Shown in pieces: positions 1-12,142 of a stretch of DNA of 64,000 nucleotides. The notes below the pieces were generated by a model that was not told the origin of the DNA, ran no database searches, and was given only the letters and a program-made list of their open reading frames with translations. The stretch is from Cyanidioschyzon merolae (taxonomy: Eukaryota): the NCBI GenBank assembly GCA_000091205.1, contig AP006502.2. One strand, 5' to 3'. Every line of letters starts with the position of its first letter. Within the stretch, counting starts at the first letter, position 1. The translations under genes and the position numbers were made by a program.

Positions 1-410
1 CCCGCGTCTCTCGGCGTTGCCATTTCATCCGACATGAAACAATATTGTAATATAATGCTTTTATATGGAATCAATGGACACAATATGTTGGAGCGCGGCG
101 ACAATCCGCCCTACCGCAGTGCCGACTCGCGCCGCACCAGCGCCGCTCTACCGCCTGCACAAGTCTATCGTACCAGGAACGTGTCTATCCACGAACGTCA
201 GTGTACTTTTCTCGACAGTCGCGGCCGGTGCTTCTGGGTCCTCGAACCCGTATCCTTGTGTACGACGTCGGTTTTGGTAGACGGATCGAGTGAGTACGGC
301 TGGGTGACGGTGACGCCTGTGAGGTCGGGTGCTCGTCGTCGGCGACGTCTCTGTGCCTGACAGGGGCGGTGGTGAGCGCGACTGTGCGCAGCGCACGTTA
401 ACAGGGCGTC

Positions 411-1013
411 ATGCGCATCGAAAAGTGTTATGTCTGCGGCGCGAACGTCTACCCGGGCCATGGCAGTGTTTTTGTGCGGAACGACGCAACTTTTTTCCAT
501 TTCTGTCGTTCCAAGTGTATTCGAGCCTTCCGACGCAAGCGCAACCCGCGCTACCTACGTTGGACGAAAGCTTACCGCAAGGCCCACGGGAAGGAGCTCG
601 CCCAAGATCTGACGTTCGCCTTTGAACGACAGCGGCACACTGTGCCCAAGTATGACAGAGAACTTGTTCGGGACACTTTGGCGGCGATCGAACGCGTGAC
701 CCAGGTGCAACAGGAGCGACAAAAAGCGTTTTACCTCCAGAGAATGCGCGTGAAACAGCGCATAGAGCAAAGAGAGGCAGCCGTTGAGCTTGCCCGGCAG
801 CGAGCGACAACCAGCCTGCGTGCCATCGAAAAGCTGCCGAGTGTACAGCGGCGACTGTCACACAGAGCATCCCATCCCTTGGTACGCGAGGCGCGCGCTG
901 CGCTCGTCGCAGCCAGTTCCATGCAGGAACCTGCGCCAACGCACTCTGAGCATGGTTATATGGCGAGTGAGCTCACGGACGGCGCTCCGCAGCCGAACGG
1001 GACCCTGTCGTGA
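411..1013 (+). CDS. RLP24: Ribosome biogenesis protein RLP24 (ribosomal L24e-like, TRASH domain).
   Basis: The N-terminus MRIEKCYVCG..VYPGHG..FVRND..FCRSKC..RKRNPR..WTKAYRKAHGKE has the Rlp24/L24e hallmark. A charged coiled C-terminal tail follows, as in Rlp24 rather than RPL24. The ORF starts at ATG and stops at TGA. Confidence 0.85.
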   Translation: MRIEKCYVCGANVYPGHGSVFVRNDATFFHFCRSKCIRAFRRKRNPRYLRWTKAYRKAHGKELAQDLTFAFERQRHTVPKYDRELVRDTLAAIERVTQVQQERQKAFYLQRMRVKQRIEQREAAVELARQRATTSLRAIEKLPSVQRRLSHRASHPLVREARAALVAASSMQEPAPTHSEHGYMASELTDGAPQPNGTLS

Positions 1014-2162
1014 GCACTCGAGGTTCCCCGGTCGTGTCTTGCCGGGGTTGCGCTCCGGCCTTCGAGCACCAGAACCTGCAACAGATTCTGCGCAGATCGA
1101 CTGGTACGGGCGCGAGCGATGCATTCTAGATGCATCTTGTTTCTGCCGAGCGAAATTTAGCGATACTCGGCATGGTATCGTTTACGCACGTGCATGTGTT
1201 CCAGCTTTGCGTGCGCTGCCGCATTCTACGAAGAGCGACCGTCGATCTCGACGAACGAGATGTCAGATACGTACCCGACGTGCATGGTGAAGGAATCGGG
1301 GCTGAAGTTTTACGTAGCAGGGATACCGTGAGGTTTCATGGCGCACGCTTCCGCCATTTGCGTCGTCAGCAGGTATTGCATTGCGGGTTTCTCTCCACCG
1401 AGTCAACATCAACTGCGTAAATTATCAAGTTGCCGACGATCGATTTCGCTGGAGGAGGTCCCGCTAGTTACACAGACAATGCCCCGCGGCATCATAATGA
1501 CATCGGAAACTCGCTGCTCCCTGATTTGTGCGGACAGTGATGGAGATCACGAAGCGGATTGCTCGAAATTCGAATCCAGCGTCTCCTGCAAAACTACCGC
1601 GCAACGTAATATAGAAGCATCTGTAGATAACCGGTTATCTCCTGTGTGACTTTGGGCAGCGTCCGCGACTGCGGGCGCCCAAGCGGGTACAACGATTGAC
1701 GGTACATCAGAACGCGGCACGTTCAGTTCTTCAGCGATCAAACGCTGAGCACCAGTACGCCGAGATCTCCGGTGTACCAGACGCCGGTACACGTCCGTGG
1801 ATCACCCCGCTGAGGTGGAGCGCTCCGGAGCAGGGTGCCCGACGCGCTCGGCACTTGACATTGGCATCAGCCGCGCTCGTTTCTAATGTCATAAAGAACG
1901 CCGCTTTGTTCGGAGGCGCACACCATACGTACGCACCGCAGAAACCCTGACGTATTCCCGCGGCACTGACGGGAACGTTTTTGAACGACTCGTCATGTCT
2001 GGGCATCCTCAGAGAGATCCTCCTCTATATGCGTCCTGTGGAGCAGCTTGGCACCGCCACGAGGCCACCGCGCAAGCGAAAACGCGCGACAGACTGTTGA
2101 TGCGGTACCGTTAAACGCAAGGGGAACTCTCCAGTGCCACAGACGCCATGCTCTGGTCATCT

Positions 2163-2858
2163 TTATGAGCTGGTCCGGTTCGTGTGTGTCTTGATGATCT
2201 CCAGGATCTCCGAATAGGCTTCGTATTTGGAGTTGCGAACAAGACCGCCGAACTTGCGCGGTTGCTCCTGCGCCAATAGCTCCTCGACCAACTGTTGAGC
2301 AGTGCGGTTTCTCGAGTCGCGCAACTCAAATCGCAAGAAATCACACGCTGCATCAGTCAGTGCACGAACCGTTGCTGGACGTGCATACCCGCATGCCATG
2401 TGCAGCGCGGTGAGCCCCTGCGAGTCTTGCGCGTTCACATCGACACCAGCCTTGATGAGCATTTCGACGACTTCGGCCAAACCGAGCGCCGCGGCAAAGT
2501 GCAGCGCTGTTCGGTTATCCCGGTCGACAGCGTTCACATCGAAAGGAAGACCTCTGCCGTCCAGGTGAGCCCGCAGTAGCTCTCGCGCTCGTTCCGCGTT
2601 CGTATTCGGTGGCTGCAGCGCTGTGTGCAACGGCAGCGGGTCATAGGTATCGCGCAGGTGCACTTGTTCCTTCTGCGCACTATCTGGCTGTTTTCTCCAA
2701 AACGAGCCAATACACTGTAAACTACGCGCAGATGACGCTTGTCTCGGAAGTTTTTGCGTCGAATACGAGCGCAGTGGCAACCGCTGTCTTGTCAACAGCC
2801 GTCGCTGCAGTCGAGTCGCGTGCGCAGGGCTCGAGGAAACCAGAAACATGCTTTCCAA
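2163..2858 (-). CDS. Ankyrin-repeat protein with an S/R-rich N-terminal extension that may be a targeting peptide.
   Basis: Two clear ANK repeats are present (..NRTALHFAAALGLAEVVEMLIKAGVDVNAQDSQGLTALHMACGYARPATVRAL..). The exact start is uncertain. Confidence 0.55.
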   Translation of the reverse strand: MESMFLVSSSPAHATRLQRRLLTRQRLPLRSYSTQKLPRQASSARSLQCIGSFWRKQPDSAQKEQVHLRDTYDPLPLHTALQPPNTNAERARELLRAHLDGRGLPFDVNAVDRDNRTALHFAAALGLAEVVEMLIKAGVDVNAQDSQGLTALHMACGYARPATVRALTDAACDFLRFELRDSRNRTAQQLVEELLAQEQPRKFGGLVRNSKYEAYSEILEIIKTHTNRTSS

Positions 2859-3614
2859 CGTGCTTCACTGCTGCCAACTTGTCCCGCCTATACCAGGCGT
2901 CAGGTTCTACAAGTCGCCGCCTCGGGTAGCGTAACCTCTATGTGTAGTCGACGATAACGACGACAACGACGAAAACGTCGAAGTCGTTGGTGTATGCTGG
3001 CGTCTTTAGTGGTAATGACAGTTGGCGTCGTGGTGCCGGAGCAGGCCGCGGAGCTCATGTGCGTCGCTCCGCGGCTGGTGCTCCCAGCGCGCCGTCCGGT
3101 TTAGGCACGTTTTCCATCGCGATGACCCAAGTGCGTCAGCAGCTGATCCTGGCGATACAAGCGTTGTTGACGAGTGCGTACATTTGCATATGCACTGATG
3201 CTTGTGGGATATTGCGAGCGTTGAATAGGACTGCATGTATATGTCTATGGACACGAACACGCATTGGCTGGTAAACAAAGACTGAGGTACGTTCTGGTAG
3301 GGATCATTGCCGAGGCGATACGCTATCGCCAGCAACAAGAGCGGCATCACAGTTCCTGGGAGACGATTCGTGCGGTCCGACGCCGCGCTCGGTCGTTGGC
3401 AGCCAACAACCGAACATTCGTCTTCATAATCTCTATGCCGAGGCTGGTCTCATAAATCCATCATGGGAATACGCTGGGGGCGCGTCGTTCGGCAGATACT
3501 GTTGCAGGTTTTTGCACGTTTCGTGCTGCGTTTTTACGACGATGTCGGACACATCTGTGGCTTCCACAACGCTGGGTCACGCTGAGCATGTTCCAGCGTT
3601 CCTGAACGGGTGTT

Positions 3615-4523
3615 TCACGGTTTCGAACTCGACCCGGATCCGCTGATATTTCCTGCGTGCAACCCGCATTCCTTCTTGGTTTGGTCCTCCCACCACCAAC
3701 GGCCTTCACGTTCATGCTGGCCAGGGAGGACGGCACGCGTGCAGGGCTCACACCCGATGCTGATGTAACCGCGCTCATGGAGTTCGTTGTATGGGACTTC
3801 CAGAATTCGGATTGTGTCCCAAACCTGCTTCGAGCTCATGTTCGCAAGCGGGTTAAACTTGACAAGCATGCCGTCGCCCTCGAGACCTGCGAACGTCGGG
3901 TCTACCTGCGCCACGGGGATCGCGGCCCGAGTACCAGGTGACTGATCACGTCGCTGACCCGTGATCCACGCTCGAAGGGTAGCCAGCTGCTTCCTCAGGG
4001 GCTGAACTTTGCGGACGCCGCAGCACTCTTGGTGCCCATCCGTGTAGAACGAGAAGAGACCCTTGTTTCGGACGAGTTTCTCTACTTCAGTCGCATCCGG
4101 GAAGCAGTATTCGATGCGGATTTCATAGTGGCGCTCCACGCGATCGAAGAAACGGTACGTTTCAGGGTGCAACCGACCAGTGTCCAGGGCGAACACACGG
4201 AACGGCCGTTTCGTTTGCGACGCATACTCGACAAGGAGCACGTCCTCCGCACCCGAGAACGCAATAGCACAGTCAGACCCGAAAACTCGGAGCGCTGCGT
4301 CGATCACCTCCACCGGGTCGGAGTTTTCGTCCAAAGATGCAAATTCAGCGGGAAGACTCGGCACTACTGCCGTTGCGTGTATACCAAGCACTCCCGAGCG
4401 TCCGCTACGCAAAGTCGCACGTTTGGGTTGCCCAAGCGGCCGCCAGGCGATCACGCGTCGACTGCACGCACACTTAGACCGCCGTTGCGAACTGCTCGGG
4501 AAACCAGCTGTGAACTGGAACAT
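3615..4523 (-). CDS. cysH: Adenylyl-sulfate (APS/PAPS) reductase, CysH family, Fe-S cluster type; it lacks a thioredoxin domain.
   Basis: The CysH motifs are present: a CC pair (CCGVRKV), CEPC, and the C-terminal KECGLH catalytic motif. The PAPS-reductase fold signature ..[16 protein letters not shown].. is also present. There is an N-terminal extension. Confidence 0.8.
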   Translation of the reverse strand: MFQFTAGFPSSSQRRSKCACSRRVIAWRPLGQPKRATLRSGRSGVLGIHATAVVPSLPAEFASLDENSDPVEVIDAALRVFGSDCAIAFSGAEDVLLVEYASQTKRPFRVFALDTGRLHPETYRFFDRVERHYEIRIEYCFPDATEVEKLVRNKGLFSFYTDGHQECCGVRKVQPLRKQLATLRAWITGQRRDQSPGTRAAIPVAQVDPTFAGLEGDGMLVKFNPLANMSSKQVWDTIRILEVPYNELHERGYISIGCEPCTRAVLPGQHEREGRWWWEDQTKKECGLHAGNISGSGSSSKP

Positions 4524-6744
4524 GAGTCAGATGCACCTCAGGAAGGCTCACGTTGACGAAACGCACGTACCCTCTAGAGGAAGTTTTTCGTGGGTATCAC
4601 GAGCGCGCGCGTTACCCAGACACCGACTCGCAATGCTCGACGTCGCACCGCCGGGTGCCGCTGCGCGTGCGTCGGGATCGGGGGCTGTTTGCGCGCGTGC
4701 CGCGACACCGGCGCGACGGCAGGCGTTCCCCCACAGCGGCCACCGCCGATGATTGCCACGGAGGCGCAGGGGGCCAAATTCGCATGGCGGCGGATGCAGT
4801 GCGTGCATGCCACGTGGACATGCATCGCCCTCGTCATTCGTTCGAACTGACACGGATGCGATGATGCCGAATCGGGATTCGAACATGCGTGTCCCGTTGG
4901 TGTTGGTGCTGTATCCGCAAGGAGCGCTTGCGCCAAGATATGACTATGAGCGTTCCAGTGTTTGCTTGTTTGTCACGGGAGCAGCCAAGGACTTGTCAGA
5001 TTGTGTGCGGACCCAGTACATCACATAGATCCCACTGTCGAGTCAGTAGTTTGGAGTTTGATCCAGTTGAAACCGGTCGAGGACGGTCGTGCGTGCGAAC
5101 GCCGTTCGCGTGGTGCGGGGTTCTCTCGTGGCTTGTGGCTGTGCTCATTGGGACCAGAGCTGCGGTTTCGAGACGTCTTGATGTATGGAAGTCGTCCAGA
5201 GATCGACTGGGACTCGCGTACGCTGCCTCACGGAGTCCGCGAGCCAGCAGCACCTCTGCCACTGCGACGGTGGCGAACGTGGGTATTGCCGGCGCCGGGG
5301 CTCCGACGAGCGCGTTGGCGGCGACCTCAGCGTTGAAGAGCTCACCGGCGGGGCCAGCGGCGGCCGTACTCACGGCAGCCGTGTGGATGCGTTCACGTCT
5401 CACGATTCTACTGGTGTTGGTGCCGTGTACACTCGGGGGTTGGTTGCTGGTCGAGGGTCTGCGCGAGTTCGAGAAGCGAAAGCCGGTTTGGCGAACTGCG
5501 AGTCCGGATGTGGCCACCAGAGATCAAGGGAATCAATAGTCCTTGGTATACATCCCGCAAACTTCATGTATGTACAGTTTCATGCGAACCATGCCATCTA
5601 CAGCACGTGTCAATTGTATATATCGTTCTAGGTGCAGGGCTCGGAAGGCGCTTGCCAGCAAGGCCGTGTACTATGCGAATCGACTGGAGCTGATCTCGGA
5701 AATCGAGTGATCGATACTGTTTGAGAAAAAGCATCGAAAGTAAACGCACTGTCATGCATCGCTGATCGTAGCGCGAACACATTGTGCACGAGGCGTACTC
5801 ATTGGGGCGAATACAAGGGACCGGCGTTCGACGACGGACCCCGACACCGGAACGCGATGCGTGGACCAGTGCACCGATAAACTTGTGGTGCGTCCACGTG
5901 ACAGGTTATCATGCAGGCACCGTGCCGACAGTTCTCGTAGGTTCCTCAGGTAGGTAGCGCTTTAAACGAGCGTGCATCTGGCGATACACTGGGGCTGCCA
6001 TTCGAACTGGGACAGGTTTCCTGCGCTCTTTCGAGCTCAGGAGACGCTGGACTACCTGTGCTGTCTGCTGCGACTAATGAAATAACCTATAAGCGCTGGG
6101 GCGCTTCATGGTGAACCAAAGCTATGCGAAACAGGCAAATTTTTCGCGTTGCTTGGCCCCTGCCCAGCTCGCATGCGTTACGGAACGAGCATGCCGCGTA
6201 TCGCCAACATGCGATATGCTCGTCCTGAAACCGCACCACTGCACGCAATCTATCGCATCCTAAACACCCAAGCGTCTCGAGTTGTCAACCGTGCGTCACG
6301 TGCTCGTGCGGCATCCAGATGCAGCAACGATGGCCCCAGCTGCAGTCCTGCGCTCGCTTTTGGAATGGCAGCGTTTGTTCTATGTGGCCAACACGCCCGT
6401 CCACTGACTGGCGTTCGAGGCTGTTCGGCGTGGCGCCCTGGATGCACGACCAACACCCGATGCACAAATGATACCTCGCATGAGTCGGGGCGCATCGTCG
6501 GTGTTTGCGCGCTGTCTGAAGCGGCATCATTCCCGTCAAGGTCAACCGGGACCCGCTTGTGCGATGTATCGACGCTCGTGACCAGATGAAGTCGTCCGTC
6601 TCCCGTGAAAGGCGGCTTCATAACAACCACGCATTCCAGCTTGCTAGTTATCTTGGGTGTAATCATGCTTTCCCAAACTGACACTGCAGCATTGTCCTAC
6701 GTTTTGTTCTTCACCGACACCACAGCCATCGACTTGAGCCTCTT

Positions 6745-8694
6745 TCAGGCCGAGAGTACCGCACTCGACGCATTCGGCAACGCTTCCCTCCACTGCAGCG
6801 AATCCTTCAACGCCAGCGTAAGCATCAGTGCCTGGGCATAGTTCAGTCGCGGATCGCAAGCTGAATGGTACGCGCGAGCGAGGTCATGAACTGCGGTTCG
6901 GGTGGCGCCACCAAGGCACTCGGTCACCGCTTCGCCGCTCATTTCCAGGTGTATGCCACCAGCAGGCACACCTTCGGCAGCGGTAATTTCAAAGAATAAC
7001 CGCATCTCGTCGAGAACCTGCTCACAGTCTCGAGTCTTGAATGAATTGCCGTTCTTGTCCCGAACACTCTGGGTATTCGCATGCATCGGATCGCACATCC
7101 AGACGACTGCGAGGCCGCTGCGCTTCACCGCTGCCATGAGCGGTGGAAGCTTTCGCTGGAGAGCATCCACACCCATGCGTGTGATCAGTGTCAGACGTCC
7201 GGGAGTGTTCGCGGGATTCAGGATCTCGGCTAGCGCAAATACTTGCTCCAGTGTAGCGTTTCCAGACAGTTTCACGCCAATCGGATTGGAAACACCTCGA
7301 AGAAACTCAACATGAGCGCCATCAATCTGGCGAGTGCGCTCACCTATCCAGAGAAAATGAGCACTTGTCGCATAATACTGCGGCGCTGATAATAAATCGA
7401 TAGGCGATCCCGCGTCTCGGTTCAGGTGCTCCAGGGTATGTGCATTGCCCGAAGGAGACCAGTCGGCAAGGCGCACTAGGCCTTCCTCGTACGGAAGTAA
7501 AAGTGCTTCGTGCGACGTGAACACATTCTCGATCACGTTTGTGTCGATACTTGTTACATGGCGGCCAGTGCTGCTCATCACTATGATTTCTTCATCGATT
7601 CCTTGCACCAGGTTTTGAATCGCCTTCACCAGGTTCGAGTCCACGACGCTGTCCCAGGCCAGTTTCTCGCTCAAAATCCTCAGCGATTCCATCGGAGACG
7701 CATGCAGGTGCTCAAGAACACGCAGATGTTCCAGAGACGCGGACGCATGCCGGTACGCCTGCAAGAGTCGCTGTGGGTCCGGAGTTCGCGCTCTGCCATT
7801 CGGTGCTGCGGAGTGCACGATGTCGCCCCGGAACGACGGCAGCCCGTCCGCATCCACAGGAGCAGAGCGAGGCTTCGCAAACTGACCTGCTATGCGTCCG
7901 ATTCGAACGATACGCCGCTTGCTCCCAGTACTCGATAAGATAGCCGCCTGGGCAGCCAGCAAATGGTAGAGGCTTATGTTGTACTCGAGGGTGCGGCTCG
8001 AGAACGTTTCGGCACAGTCCCCACCCTGAATCACGAACGCCTCACCGTGACACGCCGCGGCCAAGTGCTCGTGCAGTGATCTGATCGATTTGGGTGTCAC
8101 GAGACCGGGGAGTGTGCGCAAACCCGCTTCGACGAGCGCCAGCTGGTCTTTATCCGGGTACACGGGTAGCTGGTGCGCAGGTCGCTGGCGCCAGGAGCTC
8201 GGTGACCACGGCTCCGACCCTACCTGCCGACCCCCGATCGAGACGCTGTTTCGCAGTCCGAACGCTCCGCAGCCATCGCCGAGCCGTACGCAGACCTCCG
8301 CGCCCCGTTCAACGTAGTAGACGCGGCTGCTCAGCGCGACGCTTCCACACCGACGCACCGCTTGCCAAGCAGCGCGCCCGCTCACTCTTCGCCGAAACGG
8401 ATTCGACACCACAAACCCTTCCATTGAACGTATAGTGCACGTAATAGCGGACGAAGGTCGCTTCGATGCAACTGAGCCCGCAACGGCTTCCGAAGCTGCC
8501 GCCCCCGGAAGCATTCTGCGCTTACAGCCAACCTCGCTGCTGCTGTTGCCGGACGCAAAAACGGCGGCAACCGGCATTCCGGCCGCCGCCAATGTCGACG
8601 CCTTCCTGCAGCGCATCCGGACACGTGTCTGGTTCCCGGCGGCGTTTTGATCATCGTTCACCTCAAATGTGTTCCACATTCCGGTGCAGGTCAT
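6745..8694 (-). CDS. 3-deoxy-D-arabino-heptulosonate-7-phosphate synthase, class II (plant/microbial type), with an N-terminal extension of ~170 aa.
   Basis: Class II DAHPS motifs: GGDCAETF, IGRIAGQFAKPRS, WIGERTRQxDGAHVEF, CDPMHANT, HLEMSGEAVTECLGG. The true start may be an internal Met downstream of the transit-like region. Confidence 0.9.
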   Translation of the reverse strand: MTCTGMWNTFEVNDDQNAAGNQTRVRMRCRKASTLAAAGMPVAAVFASGNSSSEVGCKRRMLPGAAASEAVAGSVASKRPSSAITCTIRSMEGFVVSNPFRRRVSGRAAWQAVRRCGSVALSSRVYYVERGAEVCVRLGDGCGAFGLRNSVSIGGRQVGSEPWSPSSWRQRPAHQLPVYPDKDQLALVEAGLRTLPGLVTPKSIRSLHEHLAAACHGEAFVIQGGDCAETFSSRTLEYNISLYHLLAAQAAILSSTGSKRRIVRIGRIAGQFAKPRSAPVDADGLPSFRGDIVHSAAPNGRARTPDPQRLLQAYRHASASLEHLRVLEHLHASPMESLRILSEKLAWDSVVDSNLVKAIQNLVQGIDEEIIVMSSTGRHVTSIDTNVIENVFTSHEALLLPYEEGLVRLADWSPSGNAHTLEHLNRDAGSPIDLLSAPQYYATSAHFLWIGERTRQIDGAHVEFLRGVSNPIGVKLSGNATLEQVFALAEILNPANTPGRLTLITRMGVDALQRKLPPLMAAVKRSGLAVVWMCDPMHANTQSVRDKNGNSFKTRDCEQVLDEMRLFFEITAAEGVPAGGIHLEMSGEAVTECLGGATRTAVHDLARAYHSACDPRLNYAQALMLTLALKDSLQWREALPNASSAVLSA

Positions 8695-9763
8695 CAGGTG
8701 CTTTTTCGCGGTTTTGTAGCGGTTGCGGTCGAAGTGCGTTCATTTTCAAACATAAGATACCCTAGGGAAAGGTGCGGACATAAAATTCGGGGAACTTGGA
8801 GGGCGGCATTGCTGGGTTCTACAAAAAACCCGAAAGAAGTCCATGTTCTCGCTGACCCGCGCGCGAAGCAGAGCGAGTGACGGACAGGAAGAAGAAGAAG
8901 AAGGAGATAGAGGAAACACTGTTTGCCTGACAAGTCGATGACGAGACTGCATTAGCACAGAGGGTATGCGTTCGAGGAATCCTTGCAATATTGAGTTCCC
9001 CTAGAGGCAGTGCATGTAAGGAGTTCGTAAACCTGAACGCTAACGCTGCTTCAAGTATAAGACGACGTGCTGTGCTGAGGACGAAACTCGAGGACCTGAC
9101 GCGAACCAGCATCGTCGGGCAGCCTCTCAGGCTCGAAGTATGCCTCGATAAACCGAAATCGATAGCAGGCGGCCAGTCAAAACAGGCTGGAAGGCGTCTG
9201 CGAGGGCGTAGATATATATAAACGCTCCATCGTCGTAGGGTGTTTACGAATGACTGAACGCTCAGATACTGCAGCAGCGCGTGCAGCGCATTCGCGGCAG
9301 CGCACACGCATGCGCAACGGCGCGACGATGCAGGCGCGCACATCGATCCAGTGCGTTGTTAGCGGACTGCCATACGCGGGCATCGAACACCAGCGTGTTG
9401 CCGGCGTGCACGATTCCTGTAGGCAACTTGCGGTAGCGACTGCCGCCTCGAGAGTGCAGCGGAGGAGATCACACACATAAATGTATTCCATTGGATTGGG
9501 GGTTCTCGGCGAGAAGGTAACCTACCGTGCAATCCATTCGAGATTAGAGGCTCTTCGTGCAACAGTCTCCGCAACCGGCAAATGCGCTACGGACATCGAG
9601 GGGCAGGGCGCTTTTCGCCAAGGTCTGTGCACCCGTAATGATAGTATCCAGCACCAAACAATCCGCGTGTGGAAGACGTCGTCCCCCAGGCCGGATGTCT
9701 CTCCGAAAGCAGAACCCTTATTCCCATCATTTCCTCTAGTCGTGGAGCACTGGTTTTGCTGGA

Positions 9764-12142
9764 ATGCTCGCGTGTCCAGGGGCAGCTCGGGGAGAACGCC
9801 GCACCGTCAGCGACGACGCACCGTCGCCGCGGCGCGATCAGCGCACCGTTTCGCGTCGGAACATTCGCCGCGTGGGGCCGGCAGCGCGCGCCTCTCCTTC
9901 GCGCTCCATGCATCGTGGCGTCGCCATCCCTGCGACTGTCCAGCCACGCTCCTATCTTTGCATTGTGTTGCGTGGAGCACGTATGGTCGAGCCGTCTGTG
10001 GTGTGGTGGTGCCTGGTGGAAGCGCTCAAGCGACGCTTACTCCGTCAACAGCGCTGGCAGTTATGGCTCCTGGTCGTGGGCCTTTTCCTTCTTTGTACGA
10101 TACGCCCAAGGATGCAGAGTGTTCTGGATGCCGCCAGTAAGGAACCCGGGTCCCTACTGGATCCGAATCCAATGTATATTCCTGCGTGGGACGCACAAAC
10201 CGGTGCGGTGCTAACAGCTTTTGATCCTCAGAGGCACCTCCTGCCGTTCCACTTCATTGCATGCTCTTCAGATGACTGGGGCCGCATCGCGGATAGCGTC
10301 CCACTATTTCGCGACTCGCATGCACGTCAGGAGTTTCTGGCCGTGGCGTCTGAGGAGCTGAAGCGTTCACTGCGCCAGACCGACTGGTCCATGGCAACCG
10401 TAGAAACCGTGCGTGATCTGCAGCGACTCCACGAGTTCCTACTTCGCCTGCAGGAGGCTGCAGGAGAACCGCGTCAGCGTTTCGTGCTGTCACCCATGTG
10501 GGTTGTCGGCGGACCCGACATCCCCGCCATGCAAAACCAGCTCGATATCAAACGGGAAGGCAGCACCGGGCCGCTGCGTGAACGATCATCTGACGCCCAG
10601 CTCTGGGTGGACGCTCGCGTCCAGCGCGCAGCTGCGACCCCGGAACGCCGGGGTCGCATGCGTCTGGTACAGCGGTCGCCTAGGGAGAGATGGCGAAACA
10701 GTCGCCAGCGGCTGCATGAAACGCATGCCGAGTATCCGCAGCCGGGTGTCGGGCAGCGCTCCACGGACCCCGTGGGCGAAACGCGGCGCGCTGGGGTAAC
10801 TTTGCAACGCCCTGATTCCCTGAAGAGGTTCACGGGCCAATCGTCGACGTGGGGATTGCTGACGCGGCCGGTCGTACCTACAGACGCACAGGCTGTACAC
10901 GCTGCACCAACAGGTTTCCCCTATCGAAGCATGTACATGTGCCGGCTTTCACGAAACGGTGCATCAATACTTCCAGGCCGCGATCTGATCGAATCCATTG
11001 AGGTTGCCGAATGGTACCGTAAGCTGTGGTACGATCGCGTGTGGGCACCTCAGTTCCACGGCAGCGCCCATATCCATCCACATCGCTGGCTCGAAGCGCT
11101 CGAGCGGACACGACCTCTGCGGCGACAACGAAGCACTGCAAGGACGCGAATTATTCGCAGCGCCTACGACAGCCTCCGTGAAGGCTACGTCTACGCGGGA
11201 AACATCACCGCTCTGCGTTCTGAGTTCGCGGATGGCGCTTGGTCACCGGCAAGCCTACGAAAAGGCATTGAGACATTTGCAGGGTTTTGGGGTTATCGAC
11301 CGCGGGTTATGAGCTCGCCGCATAACACCTGGACGCCGTCGTTCGTCCAGCATCTCGTTGCGAGTCATGCAGTCTTTGGCATCGATGCTGGCACTGGTCA
11401 ATGTGCGACGCTCGTGATTCCAAACGCGACTCAGCGCTCCGTTTCATGCATCGATCGTGAACCGTGGGATACGTTCGCGGGGCGTGCCGCGCGTCTCGAT
11501 GCGCGCATGCCACTCATCCAGGAGCGGATTGCGGCGTTGAGGCCGGGATTTACGAGCCTCGCCTGGCACGCACAGAATGCACTGAGCGCGACGACATCGC
11601 CCCGGGTGGCTGCTGCGCACCTGGAGCATCTGGAAACGTTTGTGCATTGGGTACAGCGCCAGAATCATACTGTTTTCGTGACATCCAATGAACTTCATCA
11701 AATTCGTTTGCGTGGATGGAGCCTCGAGGTATGGCCAGATGCATTCGTTTATCGAAATTTTCTCCCATACGACATACTCGTATTGGTTCCGTGCCTTGAG
11801 GACATGTTCTCAGGAGCTTCGCCATGGGAAGCAGCGCCTTTACGCGTCGTCCGGCTTGATCAGCGTCTCATCCGCGCTCCGATCTCACAGTCGAGTCCCG
11901 AACTGACGCAGTGCCGACCCTGGTCGGCACTGATGGCGGATTCACAGCACGGGCATGCACTGCCTCGGAGCTTACGATACATTCAGCGGCAGAAGCAGAA
12001 ACGGAAGCAGCTTGCCGCCACTCCGGCCTTTCGAGGTTGTCGCTGTCAGCGCATTCGATTGCCCTCGTTTATGGATGATGGCGTCCTTCTTCTGCCAGGC
12101 AACAGTCATTGGATCGAGGTTCGGCGCCTGTCGCACGAGTGA
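9764..12142 (+). CDS. Large hypothetical protein (792 aa) with an N-terminal hydrophobic signal-anchor segment. No domain recognised.
   Basis: It is a long uninterrupted ORF of balanced composition. A predicted TM helix (WQLWLLVVGLFLLCTI) lies near the N-terminus. There are no recognisable catalytic motifs. Confidence 0.45.
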   Translation: MLACPGAARGERRTVSDDAPSPRRDQRTVSRRNIRRVGPAARASPSRSMHRGVAIPATVQPRSYLCIVLRGARMVEPSVVWWCLVEALKRRLLRQQRWQLWLLVVGLFLLCTIRPRMQSVLDAASKEPGSLLDPNPMYIPAWDAQTGAVLTAFDPQRHLLPFHFIACSSDDWGRIADSVPLFRDSHARQEFLAVASEELKRSLRQTDWSMATVETVRDLQRLHEFLLRLQEAAGEPRQRFVLSPMWVVGGPDIPAMQNQLDIKREGSTGPLRERSSDAQLWVDARVQRAAATPERRGRMRLVQRSPRERWRNSRQRLHETHAEYPQPGVGQRSTDPVGETRRAGVTLQRPDSLKRFTGQSSTWGLLTRPVVPTDAQAVHAAPTGFPYRSMYMCRLSRNGASILPGRDLIESIEVAEWYRKLWYDRVWAPQFHGSAHIHPHRWLEALERTRPLRRQRSTARTRIIRSAYDSLREGYVYAGNITALRSEFADGAWSPASLRKGIETFAGFWGYRPRVMSSPHNTWTPSFVQHLVASHAVFGIDAGTGQCATLVIPNATQRSVSCIDREPWDTFAGRAARLDARMPLIQERIAALRPGFTSLAWHAQNALSATTSPRVAAAHLEHLETFVHWVQRQNHTVFVTSNELHQIRLRGWSLEVWPDAFVYRNFLPYDILVLVPCLEDMFSGASPWEAAPLRVVRLDQRLIRAPISQSSPELTQCRPWSALMADSQHGHALPRSLRYIQRQKQKRKQLAATPAFRGCRCQRIRLPSFMDDGVLLLPGNSHWIEVRRLSHE

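Noticed and set aside
4865-4945. ggattcgaac at 4884-4893 is the reverse complement of a tRNA T-arm GTTCGAATCC, suggesting a minus-strand tRNA.
   Set aside because: Folding the surrounding ~80 nt by hand gives no paired T-stem or acceptor stem. A 10-mer match is expected by chance about 0.1 times in 64 kb on both strands.
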